Positions 40,665 through 50,764 of a DNA stretch of 64,000 nucleotides are shown piece by piece. The notes beneath the pieces are model-generated. The model searched no databases. It saw only the letters and a list, made by a program, of their open reading frames with translations, and was not told where the DNA came from. How positions within the stretch are numbered: the stretch's first letter is position 1; each line of letters starts with the position of its first letter. The position numbers and the translations under genes are program-made. The stretch is taken from positions 5,654 to 69,653 of the forward strand of contig JAJRXZ010000090.1 of assembly GCA_024276015.1 (NCBI GenBank), given 5' to 3'. The stretch is from Spirochaetota bacterium (lineage in GTDB: Bacteria; Spirochaetota; UBA4802; UBA5550).

Positions 40665-42317
40665 TCAGGTAAAGTACTTTTTAAATTTCATTAAAAAAGA
40701 ACCCTCTTTAACCCCGGTAAATGTAATGAGTTGGTCAATATCCTTAAAAGGTCTTTGTAGTATTATATCTGAAGCAAGCTTTTTACTTATTCCGGGGATC
40801 AATTCAACGGCTTTTTGAGGGAGTTCGTTAATGTTTACAGGACAGGGCAGGGCCGAGAGCGATCTTTCTCTATGTCCCATAACAATTGAATGATAGAATT
40901 TTTTTATTTTTAGATCAACCGGAAATTTCACTGTTATTGAATAACTGGCAATTTCTTTCCCATAAGAGTAACCTGCGTAATTGTCCAGAATCATTATATC
41001 ATTTAAAATGGTACCTGCAGGATATATCTCTTTCAGCATATAATTATCAATATCCTGTCTGATCCTGTCCCTGTAATATTCAAACCTGTTTAATACTTTT
41101 TTTGATATTTTTCCTTTATTGCAAAATAGTTCGGTCCCGGGGAAGGGAAGAACTTTTCTGATATTTATTCTTTTTAGAAGCAATCCCGATTCTTTAATTT
41201 TCAGAAGGTTAAGATAATTGTTTTTAAATGTATCCATAGTCTCGCCTTTTAATCCGTGAAGAAGATTGATCCCCGGCAAAAGTACGGGTATACCGCCTAT
41301 CCTTCCCGCGCCGATTTCATTGATTATTTTCACAGCAGTGAATGCTTCTTCGGGTGTTACTTTAAGATTATTTAATCTGACTACGTTCGGGTCAAAGGAT
41401 TCAATGCCAAGAGCTATGGTGTCGCCCGGAGTAATTGTATCGGTAATTATTTCGAGGATTCGGACCGATTCCTCAGGAAAGTTTGCAATAGTTCCGGGAT
41501 TTGCATTGTCAATATTGAGCGTTTTTATTCTGCCATGAGAGATCCTTCTCTTTAATTCTGAGAAGAGATCTTTCAGAGGAGAAATTGTCGGTTTTGGGAA
41601 TCCGCCTTTAAATGATCCGCAGCTTGATTTATATTGTAGTATATCAGCCTGTTTCCCAAGCCTGAATCTTTTTACTCCATGGTTAATAAGAGCGTCAATC
41701 TCGCTGATAATTTCAGCTTCGTTCCTGAACTCCTTTTTATGGAACAATCCTTCCGAGCAGAATGAACAGTGAACATCTCTGAGACATCCGCGATAAGTCT
41801 CAATCTCACAGATAATATGGGGATAATGAGGATGAAATTTAACAACTTCAGAACCGAAAACCGACCAGAGGGCGATTTCTTCAGTGCTGCGGAGAGTATC
41901 TTCAGGCGACCCCAGGACAAATGTATGGGCAAATTTCTCAATATCATTCTTTAACAGGATAGAGTTCTTGAAGGCAGAAGGAATGAGTCTGCTTACCATC
42001 CCGCCGATAGCAAAGGATAAAGTGATGTTGCCGGATAGAATTTTTTTAATCTCAGCAACAGTTCCAATACGCGCGCCAAGATATTTCCCGGGTACAACAG
42101 CGCCGCCGACAAGGAAGACCATCTCATATTTATTATGCAGATAATAATCATTCCGGCGCAGGTGATCTATTGTCAGATATTCAATTTTATCCGGGTCTAT
42201 ACCTGCATCAATAAGGGCGCCGAAAATATACCTCGGATATGGAGAAATAAAGGGCGGGACTCCAAGGCAGGCAGGTTCGTCAACATAACAATCGAGAATA
42301 AGGAATCTTTTTGTCAT
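40665..42317 (-). CDS. radical SAM protein, COG1031-like (C-terminal helix-hairpin-helix)
   Basis: 550-aa ORF with cluster motif GCLRDVHCSFC (C-x5-C-x2-C) and a C-terminal HhH-like LIPGISKKLASDIIL. 4-nt overlap with the upstream HD gene. Confidence 0.7.
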   Translation of the reverse strand: MTKRFLILDCYVDEPACLGVPPFISPYPRYIFGALIDAGIDPDKIEYLTIDHLRRNDYYLHNKYEMVFLVGGAVVPGKYLGARIGTVAEIKKILSGNITLSFAIGGMVSRLIPSAFKNSILLKNDIEKFAHTFVLGSPEDTLRSTEEIALWSVFGSEVVKFHPHYPHIICEIETYRGCLRDVHCSFCSEGLFHKKEFRNEAEIISEIDALINHGVKRFRLGKQADILQYKSSCGSFKGGFPKPTISPLKDLFSELKRRISHGRIKTLNIDNANPGTIANFPEESVRILEIITDTITPGDTIALGIESFDPNVVRLNNLKVTPEEAFTAVKIINEIGAGRIGGIPVLLPGINLLHGLKGETMDTFKNNYLNLLKIKESGLLLKRINIRKVLPFPGTELFCNKGKISKKVLNRFEYYRDRIRQDIDNYMLKEIYPAGTILNDIMILDNYAGYSYGKEIASYSITVKFPVDLKIKKFYHSIVMGHRERSLSALPCPVNINELPQKAVELIPGISKKLASDIILQRPFKDIDQLITFTGVKEGSFLMKFKKYFT

Positions 42318-42865
42318 AATTTTGACAGTATATCCTCAATGTCGGATTTCAGATGACTCCGGATCTTCTTCTCAATTGCAAAGATCAGATCTTTATGGAA
42401 GTTAACCTTTTCAATATTACTGCCGGTAATATTATACCGCTTTATTATGTCTTCTATTCTCGCTTCTACAGAAACAATTTTATTATGCATAACTCTTTTA
42501 TCTGCATAGTGTACAATTTCACGTTCTTCTAATCTGCCGGTGGGCTTAAATTTTTTAAAATAGACATGTGATTCAACGATTTCGGCAATATCATGATGGC
42601 CAAGGCGGCGCAGAATTGTTCCGCCAAGGAAATCGTGTTTATGAGTGCCTTCTTTTATTGATATTGATTTTGCAATATCATGGAGAAGCGCAGCTGCAAT
42701 TACCAGTTTTCTGTTCAGTATAGTCTCGTCTTTCAGGTTATCAATTAATAGTATGGCAACATTTTTAACCTGCATCGAGTGCTCAAGAATATTAGGCAGA
42801 ACCTCATATTCTTCTAACAGCTTGAGACACTCATCTTCGGGCGGTATTTCATAACTGATTTTCAT
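42314..42865 (-). CDS. HD domain (HDIG-type) phosphohydrolase
   Basis: 183-aa ORF with AALLHDIAK and later H/D residues (HHDIAEIVESH, HYADK). Confidence 0.75.
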   Translation of the reverse strand: MKISYEIPPEDECLKLLEEYEVLPNILEHSMQVKNVAILLIDNLKDETILNRKLVIAAALLHDIAKSISIKEGTHKHDFLGGTILRRLGHHDIAEIVESHVYFKKFKPTGRLEEREIVHYADKRVMHNKIVSVEARIEDIIKRYNITGSNIEKVNFHKDLIFAIEKKIRSHLKSDIEDILSKL

Positions 42866-43646
42866 AAAAAAACCGTATTGTATTCTCTATATCTATATTG
42901 TATTTTTCGGATAGAGATTCGGTATTTAAAGCGAGTTCAATAAATCCCGAACTACCGTATAAAATTCCTGCAGTGTTTTTGTTTAAATCACTGTAAGTTC
43001 TGCATGGTAATACTATGAATTCTTGTTGTGAGGCTTTAACTGTAATATTGCTGATTTGAGACAGATTTAGAATTTCGTTCGGGATTGAAGTTATAATATT
43101 GCCAAAGATATCCGAGTGAATAATATTCCCACTGACACTGTGTTTGGAAATATTAAACTGAGGAAATTTTAATTGAATAAAATTATCTTTTCTCGACCCT
43201 AAATCTTCAGGTTTTCTGCCTTTTCGCAGCATTGCAGCTATGGGAGCAAAAATATCTCTGCCGTGAAAAGTGGCCGATACTTCTTTAAATAAGTAGTAGT
43301 TTATCTCGAATATTTTGAAATCGCTGCGATAAACAGCTGATAGTATTCCATTGTCCGGCATTACAAAGATATATTTTTCGTTTTTTGCTATCAGGGCTTT
43401 TCTGGCGCTTCCGACTCCGGGATCAATCACAACATAAAAAATTGTTCCTTCAGGGAAATACCTGTAAGATGAATATAAAATGTATTGAGCATTAACAATT
43501 GAGAATGGTTTAACGGAATGAGTAATATCGATTATATCCGTTTCAGGTGAAATGCTTTTTATAACACCTTTCACAATGCCTGCGTAGTTATCTTTCGTAC
43601 CGAAATCTGTAATTAGTGCAATCATGTAAGTAAAGAAATAGTCCAT
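42849..43646 (-). CDS. SAM hydrolase / SAM-dependent halogenase family protein (DUF62)
   Basis: 265-aa ORF with the hallmark N-terminus IALITDFGTKDNYAGIVKGVI, plus VIDPGVGS and HGRDIFAP. An alternative start is the ATG at 43625. Confidence 0.8.
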   Translation of the reverse strand: MDYFFTYMIALITDFGTKDNYAGIVKGVIKSISPETDIIDITHSVKPFSIVNAQYILYSSYRYFPEGTIFYVVIDPGVGSARKALIAKNEKYIFVMPDNGILSAVYRSDFKIFEINYYLFKEVSATFHGRDIFAPIAAMLRKGRKPEDLGSRKDNFIQLKFPQFNISKHSVSGNIIHSDIFGNIITSIPNEILNLSQISNITVKASQQEFIVLPCRTYSDLNKNTAGILYGSSGFIELALNTESLSEKYNIDIENTIRFFYENQL

Positions 43647-43871
43647 AAAGCTGATAATAATTCAATCGAAATATCTTATTTTTCAAGGAAAATTTTAGAA
43701 TAGTATATATTAATTGACAAATTCCATAGCTGCACTTTTTCACCTATAACCTCAGAGGTGATAAAATATCATTGACGAAAAGAGATGCTTTTTTGTAAAT
43801 ATAATCTTTCCCAAGATGATCAAATATGGAGAGTCATAAAACTGAAAAGCAGAAATTTATTTTATATCGGA

Positions 43872-45563
43872 ATGGATTCGGAAACGAAAATTCTGATGGT
43901 TTTGCTCTTTCTTACCATTGCGGTGAGATATCTTACTTTTCGAATGTTTACTACAGGCGGTGATTCGATAAATTACTGGTTTGCAGCAAAAACGCTGTAT
44001 TACGGTATACCCTACGTAAACCTTGATCATCAGACCACTCGTTTTGGAGTAATAATTCCTCTCCTTCTTAGTATGAAAATGTTTGGAACTTCGCCGCTTG
44101 TGTCTGCACTTGTTCCGGTTTTAATGACAATCTTTCAGATTGTATTATTGTATAAAATAGGAGTTAATATCCACAGTATAAAAACAGGTTTTTTCGCTTC
44201 TCTTCTGTTTATGTTTTTCCCCCGGGTACTGGCTTCCGGAGGGCAGATATTACCGTCAACCTTTTCAATTACATACCTTCTGATGAGTTTTTATATTATC
44301 CTGAAACTTGAAGGTTTTAAGAAATACAAAATACCTGCAATATCCTTTTCTGCTATTTTCTTTTTTCTCGCTTATGAATCTAAGGTAACAAATCTGTATT
44401 TTTTGCCGGGATATTTCCTTGGCATATTGCTAATAACTAAAAACCGGAGAGATCTTATACTATTTGCATTATTTCTCTTAACAATGTATATTGGCGAAAC
44501 AATACTTTACTATACCGGTCCCGGTAATGTACTGGGAAGGCTCGGAGTTATAATGGGGACTCATCTTGCTCAGGAGAGACATGTGCCCATATCTTTTTGG
44601 GAACTCTTCGGGAGGTTTACTAAACTTCAGTTATGGCCCAGAATCCAATTCTATTTTTATTTTGCAGCATCATTTTTTATCTTCTTTTTCAGGATCAATA
44701 TTAAAACAAAGATAGTAACTGTAACGGCACTTATATTCTATATTGCTACCCTTTTTTCAGTTAAAAGCATCAATCCGATAATTCCGGCAATGCCCTTTAA
44801 TGATGTCTATCTCGATTTCGGGGTTCCCTTTATGATGCTTGTTATTTCTGTTTTTATTTTTGAATTATACGATTACTTTAAAAGCAGATACTCCTTTCTC
44901 AAGAATAATATATTCTCCGGATTATTAATGAATATAAGTGAAACTTTTACTTATATTCTTATTGTTTTTTTTATTTTGGCATTGTCAGTGGCTGTGCGCT
45001 TCTCAGGTTTACTTCCTGAAAATGCAGTGTCAAAATTTTTCAATGATCCTTTCGATTTTTCACAACATAAAATCAGCCTTTTTATTCGATATACTGAAAT
45101 AATAAATAATGCTTACAACAGAGGGATCCCCATTGTTTCAGGATATAAATATCCGGTAAAATATTACGAAATGTACAAGAGGATACAGAAACATATTAAA
45201 AAAGGGATTAATCTGAAGGAAGCCTGCAAAAAAGAAGGGATAAATTTAAAATTTTATTACTATATAAGAACAAGTATGCCTTTGAAAAGCATGAAATTGG
45301 TTAGAGAAGTTTTTCTCGATCTTATGCCCGACAAAAGCAGGCTTCCCCGAGTAAAAAAGATTGAGATTAATAATAATCTGATCCACTTTATAATAAAACC
45401 TCAATTTTCCCGAGGGGAAGATATTGTTAAATTTTTTCAAAATGATAAGAGTCCCCTTGTTATTGCTTTGCGGTCATCCAATATGGGACCATTCAAAATT
45501 ATTGAAACCGATGTAAGCGGTTTTCGGCAAATGATGGAAAGAACCGAATTTACCCGTCAGTGA
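43872..45563 (+). CDS. GT-C fold glycosyltransferase (ArnT/PMT, family 39-like) membrane protein
   Basis: Track ORF starts at 43785. The ATG at 43872 begins directly at the first TM helix. The N-terminal two thirds are polytopic and the C-terminal domain is soluble. Confidence 0.6.
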   Translation: MDSETKILMVLLFLTIAVRYLTFRMFTTGGDSINYWFAAKTLYYGIPYVNLDHQTTRFGVIIPLLLSMKMFGTSPLVSALVPVLMTIFQIVLLYKIGVNIHSIKTGFFASLLFMFFPRVLASGGQILPSTFSITYLLMSFYIILKLEGFKKYKIPAISFSAIFFFLAYESKVTNLYFLPGYFLGILLITKNRRDLILFALFLLTMYIGETILYYTGPGNVLGRLGVIMGTHLAQERHVPISFWELFGRFTKLQLWPRIQFYFYFAASFFIFFFRINIKTKIVTVTALIFYIATLFSVKSINPIIPAMPFNDVYLDFGVPFMMLVISVFIFELYDYFKSRYSFLKNNIFSGLLMNISETFTYILIVFFILALSVAVRFSGLLPENAVSKFFNDPFDFSQHKISLFIRYTEIINNAYNRGIPIVSGYKYPVKYYEMYKRIQKHIKKGINLKEACKKEGINLKFYYYIRTSMPLKSMKLVREVFLDLMPDKSRLPRVKKIEINNNLIHFIIKPQFSRGEDIVKFFQNDKSPLVIALRSSNMGPFKIIETDVSGFRQMMERTEFTRQ

Positions 45564-45575
45564 TCTTAACAGGTG

Positions 45576-46001
45576 CTAATCGGTTGAAATTAAATCGGGT
45601 TCTGTGCTGTTTCTCTTCTTTTTATTAAACACAAAAAATTTCAGGCCAAAGAAATTTAAAAAAGTACAAAAGCCGGTTGCAGCAATAAAGGCAGCTGTCT
45701 TGTCTTCCGTTAGAATAAAAACCCTTTCATTTATAGCAGCATTGATAAATGCCGAAAAAAGATAAAATATAATGAACTTTATTATTTCATTAAAGCTGAG
45801 TTCTTTTTTTTCAAATGTCCAGTATTTGTTCATCAGGAATGTAAATACTGTTGCGCAGATAAATGATATCCCCTTTGAATAAAAAATTCCAACGATATTG
45901 ATCAGGAGCAGATATACTGCTATGTCGATGAACATGGCAATAAATCCGGTGATAAGAAATCTTATTGCCTGCTTGAATATTTTTGATCTTATGATTTCCA
46001 A
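45576..46001 (-). CDS. GtrA family membrane protein
   Basis: 141-aa ORF with four TM helices and a GtrA-like pattern (RFLITGFIAMFIDIAVY ... NKYWTF). Confidence 0.75.
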   Translation of the reverse strand: MEIIRSKIFKQAIRFLITGFIAMFIDIAVYLLLINIVGIFYSKGISFICATVFTFLMNKYWTFEKKELSFNEIIKFIIFYLFSAFINAAINERVFILTEDKTAAFIAATGFCTFLNFFGLKFFVFNKKKRNSTEPDLISTD

Positions 46002-46003
46002 TT

Positions 46004-46939
46004 TCAGCCTTTGAAATTGTTGATCTTAATTTCATAGTCGGCTTTAAAGTGTTTAACAATAGTGCTGAGAATCATACCAATTGACAGGGATAGAATGGAA
46101 ACTATCATTAAACCTGTTGCAAGAATTGCGGAAGGAACCTTGGTTATATATCTGGTTTCGATAAATTCAAGGATTACCGGTATCCCTGCAGCAAGGCTCA
46201 GCAGGAAAAAAATTATTGATATTATACCGAAAAATGTCAGAGGTTTATAATCTTTAAATATTTTGAATATAATTTTTATTACTCTGAAACCGTCGGAATA
46301 CGTTTTTAACTTGGAAACACTGCCTTCGATTCTATCCTTATAATCAACCGGGATTTCAAGGAGCCTGAATCTTTTATCAAGAGTATGAAGAGTTATTTCG
46401 GTTTCAATTTCAAAGCCTTTGCTCAACACCGGCAGGTTTTTGACAAATTTTTTTGAGAATACTCTGTAGCCTGTCATAGCATCTTTTATATCCGATTTAA
46501 AGAGCATGTTAATAATTTTAATAACAAGTTTGTTCCCGAAGTTATGGAATGGCCTTTTATTCTCTTCAAAATAATCCCCCTTAGTCAGCCTGTCGCCAAC
46601 TACCATGTCTGCTTCATCATCAATTACGGGCTGAAGCAGTTTGTTAAGTTCTTCAGCAGGATAGGTCAAGTCTGCATCTGCCATTACGTAAATATCCGCA
46701 TCTATTGTTTGGAATGCCCTTCTTACGGCAAAGGCTTTGCCTTGTCTTCCTTCGAAAATAACACCGCCTTTGCATTTAAGTTTTTTGAGTGTTTTTCTTG
46801 CAATTTCATTTGTCTTGTCTTTTGAGTTGTTGTCAATAACATATATATACATATCCTTTTTCTGTTTGTGAAATTCCCTGATCACATCTTCGATGGTTGC
46901 TTCTTCATTATATGCCGGTAAAATCAGTGCTGTCTTCAA
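46004..46939 (-). CDS. family 2 glycosyltransferase (polyprenyl-phosphate sugar synthase, GtrB/ArnC-like)
   Basis: Track ORF is 46004..46975. The TTG at 46939 has AAGGAGG 8 nt upstream and gives MKTALILPAYNEE. Motifs VIDNNSKD and ADADLT are present, with two C-terminal TM helices. Confidence 0.85.
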   Translation of the reverse strand: MKTALILPAYNEEATIEDVIREFHKQKKDMYIYVIDNNSKDKTNEIARKTLKKLKCKGGVIFEGRQGKAFAVRRAFQTIDADIYVMADADLTYPAEELNKLLQPVIDDEADMVVGDRLTKGDYFEENKRPFHNFGNKLVIKIINMLFKSDIKDAMTGYRVFSKKFVKNLPVLSKGFEIETEITLHTLDKRFRLLEIPVDYKDRIEGSVSKLKTYSDGFRVIKIIFKIFKDYKPLTFFGIISIIFFLLSLAAGIPVILEFIETRYITKVPSAILATGLMIVSILSLSIGMILSTIVKHFKADYEIKINNFKG

Positions 46940-47012
46940 TGATAGATCCTCCTTAATTCCAATCCGGATAATCAATAGATTGTTAGCTATTAGTCAATAA
47001 TAATTTTACTGT

Positions 47013-49586
47013 TCATTCAATCAGTTTTTTTAATCTGTTTAATTCGTTCAATGCGTCTATTGGGCTGATACTATTGATATCGATATCCTTTATTGCCTGA
47101 ATTACAATATGATTTGCAGCATTAAAAATTTCGAGCTGTTCAGATGATCTTTCATCTTCGGAAGAAACGATTTTCTTAGAAGATTTTTTTTCCATCTTTT
47201 CCAGTATTTTTGATGCTCTGCCGATGATCTGTTTTGGGATCCCTGCCAGTTTTGCCACATGTATGCCGTATGATTTATCTGCCGAACCTTTTACGACTCT
47301 GTGAAGAAAATCGACTCCGTCCAGATGTTCCTTAACAATTACGTTATAATTAACTATTCCTTTTTTGCCTCCAAGTTCGGTAAGCTCATGATAGTGTGTG
47401 GCGAAAAGTGTTTTTGCTTTTATATAGCGTGAAATATATTCCACAATTGCCCAGGCAATGGAAAGTCCGTCGTATGTGCTTGTGCCTCGTCCTATTTCAT
47501 CCATAATGATCAGGCTTTTGTCAGTGGCATTGTTAATTATATTAGCCGCTTCGTTCATCTCCACCAGAAAAGTTGATTCGCCTCTGGCAATATTGTCGGA
47601 GGCGCCGATTCTGGTAAATATTCTGTCAACAATTGAGAGGTTTCCTTCCGCAGCAGGTATAAATGAACCGATCTGAGCAATTAATTGTATCATCGCAGCC
47701 ATTCGGATGTAGGTCGATTTACCCGACATATTGGGTCCAGTGATCACTTTGATAATATTTTCACTGCTGTCAAAATAGATATCATTTGGTATAAAAACTT
47801 CTTTGGTAAAATATTTTTCAACTACAGGATGTCTTCCCTCTTTAACAGTGCTGATCTTATCTGTATTGAATACCGGCCGTGTAAAGCGGTTTTCAATGGC
47901 GGAGACCGCAAGAGACAGGTAGAAGTCGGTTTCGGCAATAGCCGAGGCAAGCTGCTGAAGTTCTTTCTGCCGCAAAAGTATATCGTTTTTTAATTTTTCA
48001 ATTTCTCTTTTTTCAAATTCGATTATTTTATCAGAGGAGCTTAATATCTCCGATTCGAATTTTTGGAGTTTTTCCGTTGTAAATCTTTCCGAACCTACAA
48101 GGGTTTGTTTTTTGTAATAGTTTTCAGGTATATTGCCGGCCTGTCCTTGGCTTACTTCAATATAATAGCCGAGAATCTTATTGTACTTGATTCTCAGTGT
48201 GGAAATATTGAGTCTCTTTTTTTCCTCTTCCTGGTAATTCAAAATCCAGGTTTTTGCATCGGATTTTAATTCATATAACCTGTCCAGTTCAGAGCTGTAA
48301 CCCTTTTTTATTACTCTTCCGTGCTCGGGCGTAAGAGCCGGTTCGTCTTCAATGGATGCTTCAATTCTGCTGCAGAGTTCCTGCATATAGGGCATTCTTT
48401 TTGCCAGATCAGAAACCGAATTTTCAGGCTGGTCAGCAAGGATCTTTCTTATTTCCATAGCATATTTTATAGAATTTTTAATAGCAATGAAATTTCTCGC
48501 GAAGATTTTTCCCATGGATAACCTTGAAATGAGCCTTTCCATGTCGTGTATGCCTTTCATCATTTCATGAATCTGAGCAGTCAGATTATGGTATTCATAG
48601 AAGTATTGAACAATATCAAGTCTTCTTTCAATATCTTCAATTTTTAACAGCGGATGAAGTATGTTCTTTTCAAGGAGTCTCTTCCCCATGGGGGTTTTAG
48701 TATAATTCAGCACTGAAAAAAGAGTTCTGTTTTTTGTTCTGTCCCAGAGGTTATGGATAAGTTCAAGATTGGAGATTGTCGAATCATCCAGTATCATCCT
48801 GTCCGTTGAAATTATTTTTTCGGGGAATTTTATATGCCCGAATGATCTTTTCTGAGTTTCCTTCAGGTACTGAAGTATGGATCCTGCGGTTTTTAGTTCG
48901 GTTTCTGTTGTTATCCCCAGCCCCTTTACGGAAATGATCCCGAAAACTTCGCATATAAGTTCCTTCAAGTAATCAGTATCATAGAGCCATTCATTAATTT
49001 TATAGATGGGAATATCTTTGCCCTTTAAATAATCCGAATAGACTTCATCGCCGGCATCGTTCCCCTCTTTAAGAACAACTTCTCTGGGGTTAAATCTTAT
49101 TAATTCGCTTCTGAATAACTGCTCGGATTTTTTTACCGATGATATAAAAAAGTCTCCCGTTGATATATCAATAAAGGCAAGCCCTATTACGGTTTTTTCA
49201 ACAATTATTGAACCGAGAAAATTGTTGTCGTCCGATTGTATCAGGTTTGATTCTACAACAGTACCCGGTGTGATAATTCTCACTACAGCTCTTTTGACTA
49301 TAGATCCGGAAGACGGAACCGTTTCAAGCTGTTCGCAGATGGCGACTCTCTTACCGGCCTTGATCAAGCGGGCCATATAATTATCTGCAGCATGGTAGGG
49401 GATACCGCACATGGGTATATCATTCTGTCTGGAGGTGAGGGCAATATCGAGTATTTTTGAAGCAACCTGGGCGTCTTCAAAGAACATTTCATAAAAGTCG
49501 CCCATCCTGAAAAAGAGAATTTCAGCGCGGTGCTTCTTTTTTATCTCCATGTACTGTTTCATCATGGGTGTAAGTTTTGATTCCAA
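47013..49586 (-). CDS. mutS: DNA mismatch repair protein MutS
   Basis: 857-aa ORF with N-terminal TPMMKQY, Walker A GPNMSGKST, MDEIGRGTST and THYHEL. TTG start. Confidence 0.96.
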   Translation of the reverse strand: MESKLTPMMKQYMEIKKKHRAEILFFRMGDFYEMFFEDAQVASKILDIALTSRQNDIPMCGIPYHAADNYMARLIKAGKRVAICEQLETVPSSGSIVKRAVVRIITPGTVVESNLIQSDDNNFLGSIIVEKTVIGLAFIDISTGDFFISSVKKSEQLFRSELIRFNPREVVLKEGNDAGDEVYSDYLKGKDIPIYKINEWLYDTDYLKELICEVFGIISVKGLGITTETELKTAGSILQYLKETQKRSFGHIKFPEKIISTDRMILDDSTISNLELIHNLWDRTKNRTLFSVLNYTKTPMGKRLLEKNILHPLLKIEDIERRLDIVQYFYEYHNLTAQIHEMMKGIHDMERLISRLSMGKIFARNFIAIKNSIKYAMEIRKILADQPENSVSDLAKRMPYMQELCSRIEASIEDEPALTPEHGRVIKKGYSSELDRLYELKSDAKTWILNYQEEEKKRLNISTLRIKYNKILGYYIEVSQGQAGNIPENYYKKQTLVGSERFTTEKLQKFESEILSSSDKIIEFEKREIEKLKNDILLRQKELQQLASAIAETDFYLSLAVSAIENRFTRPVFNTDKISTVKEGRHPVVEKYFTKEVFIPNDIYFDSSENIIKVITGPNMSGKSTYIRMAAMIQLIAQIGSFIPAAEGNLSIVDRIFTRIGASDNIARGESTFLVEMNEAANIINNATDKSLIIMDEIGRGTSTYDGLSIAWAIVEYISRYIKAKTLFATHYHELTELGGKKGIVNYNVIVKEHLDGVDFLHRVVKGSADKSYGIHVAKLAGIPKQIIGRASKILEKMEKKSSKKIVSSEDERSSEQLEIFNAANHIVIQAIKDIDINSISPIDALNELNRLKKLIE

Positions 49587-49630
49587 AAGGGACGCCTCTC
49601 ACAGATAATTATTAGTTAAATGATCCGCCA

Positions 49631-50764
49631 TTAGTCTTCATAGATATATTTTTTATTATCCTTACCGCTGATCCTGACTATCCGGCCGTTTATTCCATAC
49701 TCTTCTGCAAGCCGTATTTTTAGCTGCATTGCCTTTTCAGAATCTGCAAAATTACCGGTATAGATCAGATAGCCCATTCTTAATCTGATAACTTTTACTG
49801 TTCCCATCCCATTGATCAAATCTTTTATTTCCTTCAGTTTTTTCAAGGAAGTAAATGGGCCGATGGAGATTGAGTAATATGAATCTCTGTTGATCCCGTA
49901 ACTGCCAGTATCCGTTTCAGGGCTGATTTCAATAATATCGGTACTGCTGATAGTGGATTCACCCGGGAGGTATCCGATTTCTTTGGGATCATGCTGTTTA
50001 AGGATTTTAATTCTTTTTTCTGCATATATTTTTTCGGGTGAACCCGAAAATCTTTTTACTATATCTCTGTAAGCCGAATAGGCTCTGTTAAAATCACCCT
50101 TTTCTTCATAAAATCTGCCTGTTAAGAATACGGCGGCAGGAAAGAGGGGCGATTCTTCAAAACCGAGGAGGATCTCTCTCAGGCAATAGATATATTTTTT
50201 TGAGAACCCTGAAATCTTTTTTATTATATATGATTGAAAGAGCAGGGCTTTGGCAAGAATATCGTAATTGTGATTTGTATCGATTATTTTGCTGCATTCC
50301 CTTAAGGCTTCGCCATACATATTCAGGTTAATTAAGGCGTTGATATAATAAAAGCCGAATTCCGTGAAATATCTGCTCTTCTTAAAATTTTTAATGCCGT
50401 ATAATGAATTTAACTCTAATTTTTTCCATTTGGACAGGAGAGTCAGTATCTCGCAAATTTTAAACAGAGCATAATCCCTTTTTTTAAAATATCTGTATTT
50501 TTTAAGTATGATTTTCAATCCCTTGAGAGCCTTGCCGGGACTTTCTTCATTTTCGGCAATAAGGAGTCTCACATAGGGGACATATTTGCTTCGCGGATAT
50601 TTTCTCAGGAAATTCATCCCCAGTTTTTTAACTTTATGAGGAATGTCTATTTTTGAATATTCAGCTATATTGAGATAAAGGTCTCTTTCGGTTTGGATGG
50701 CAAAACCGTTCTGCTGTGTCATTATTAGGATCAGTAGAGATAATATTTGGATTATTCTAAACAA
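49631..50764 (-). CDS. TPR-like / SPOR domain protein
   Basis: 377-aa ORF with a signal peptide, helical-repeat middle and a C-terminal SPOR-like segment (YSISIGPFTS ... GYLIYTGNFADSEKA). Confidence 0.55.
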   Translation of the reverse strand: MFRIIQILSLLILIMTQQNGFAIQTERDLYLNIAEYSKIDIPHKVKKLGMNFLRKYPRSKYVPYVRLLIAENEESPGKALKGLKIILKKYRYFKKRDYALFKICEILTLLSKWKKLELNSLYGIKNFKKSRYFTEFGFYYINALINLNMYGEALRECSKIIDTNHNYDILAKALLFQSYIIKKISGFSKKYIYCLREILLGFEESPLFPAAVFLTGRFYEEKGDFNRAYSAYRDIVKRFSGSPEKIYAEKRIKILKQHDPKEIGYLPGESTISSTDIIEISPETDTGSYGINRDSYYSISIGPFTSLKKLKEIKDLINGMGTVKVIRLRMGYLIYTGNFADSEKAMQLKIRLAEEYGINGRIVRISGKDNKKYIYED

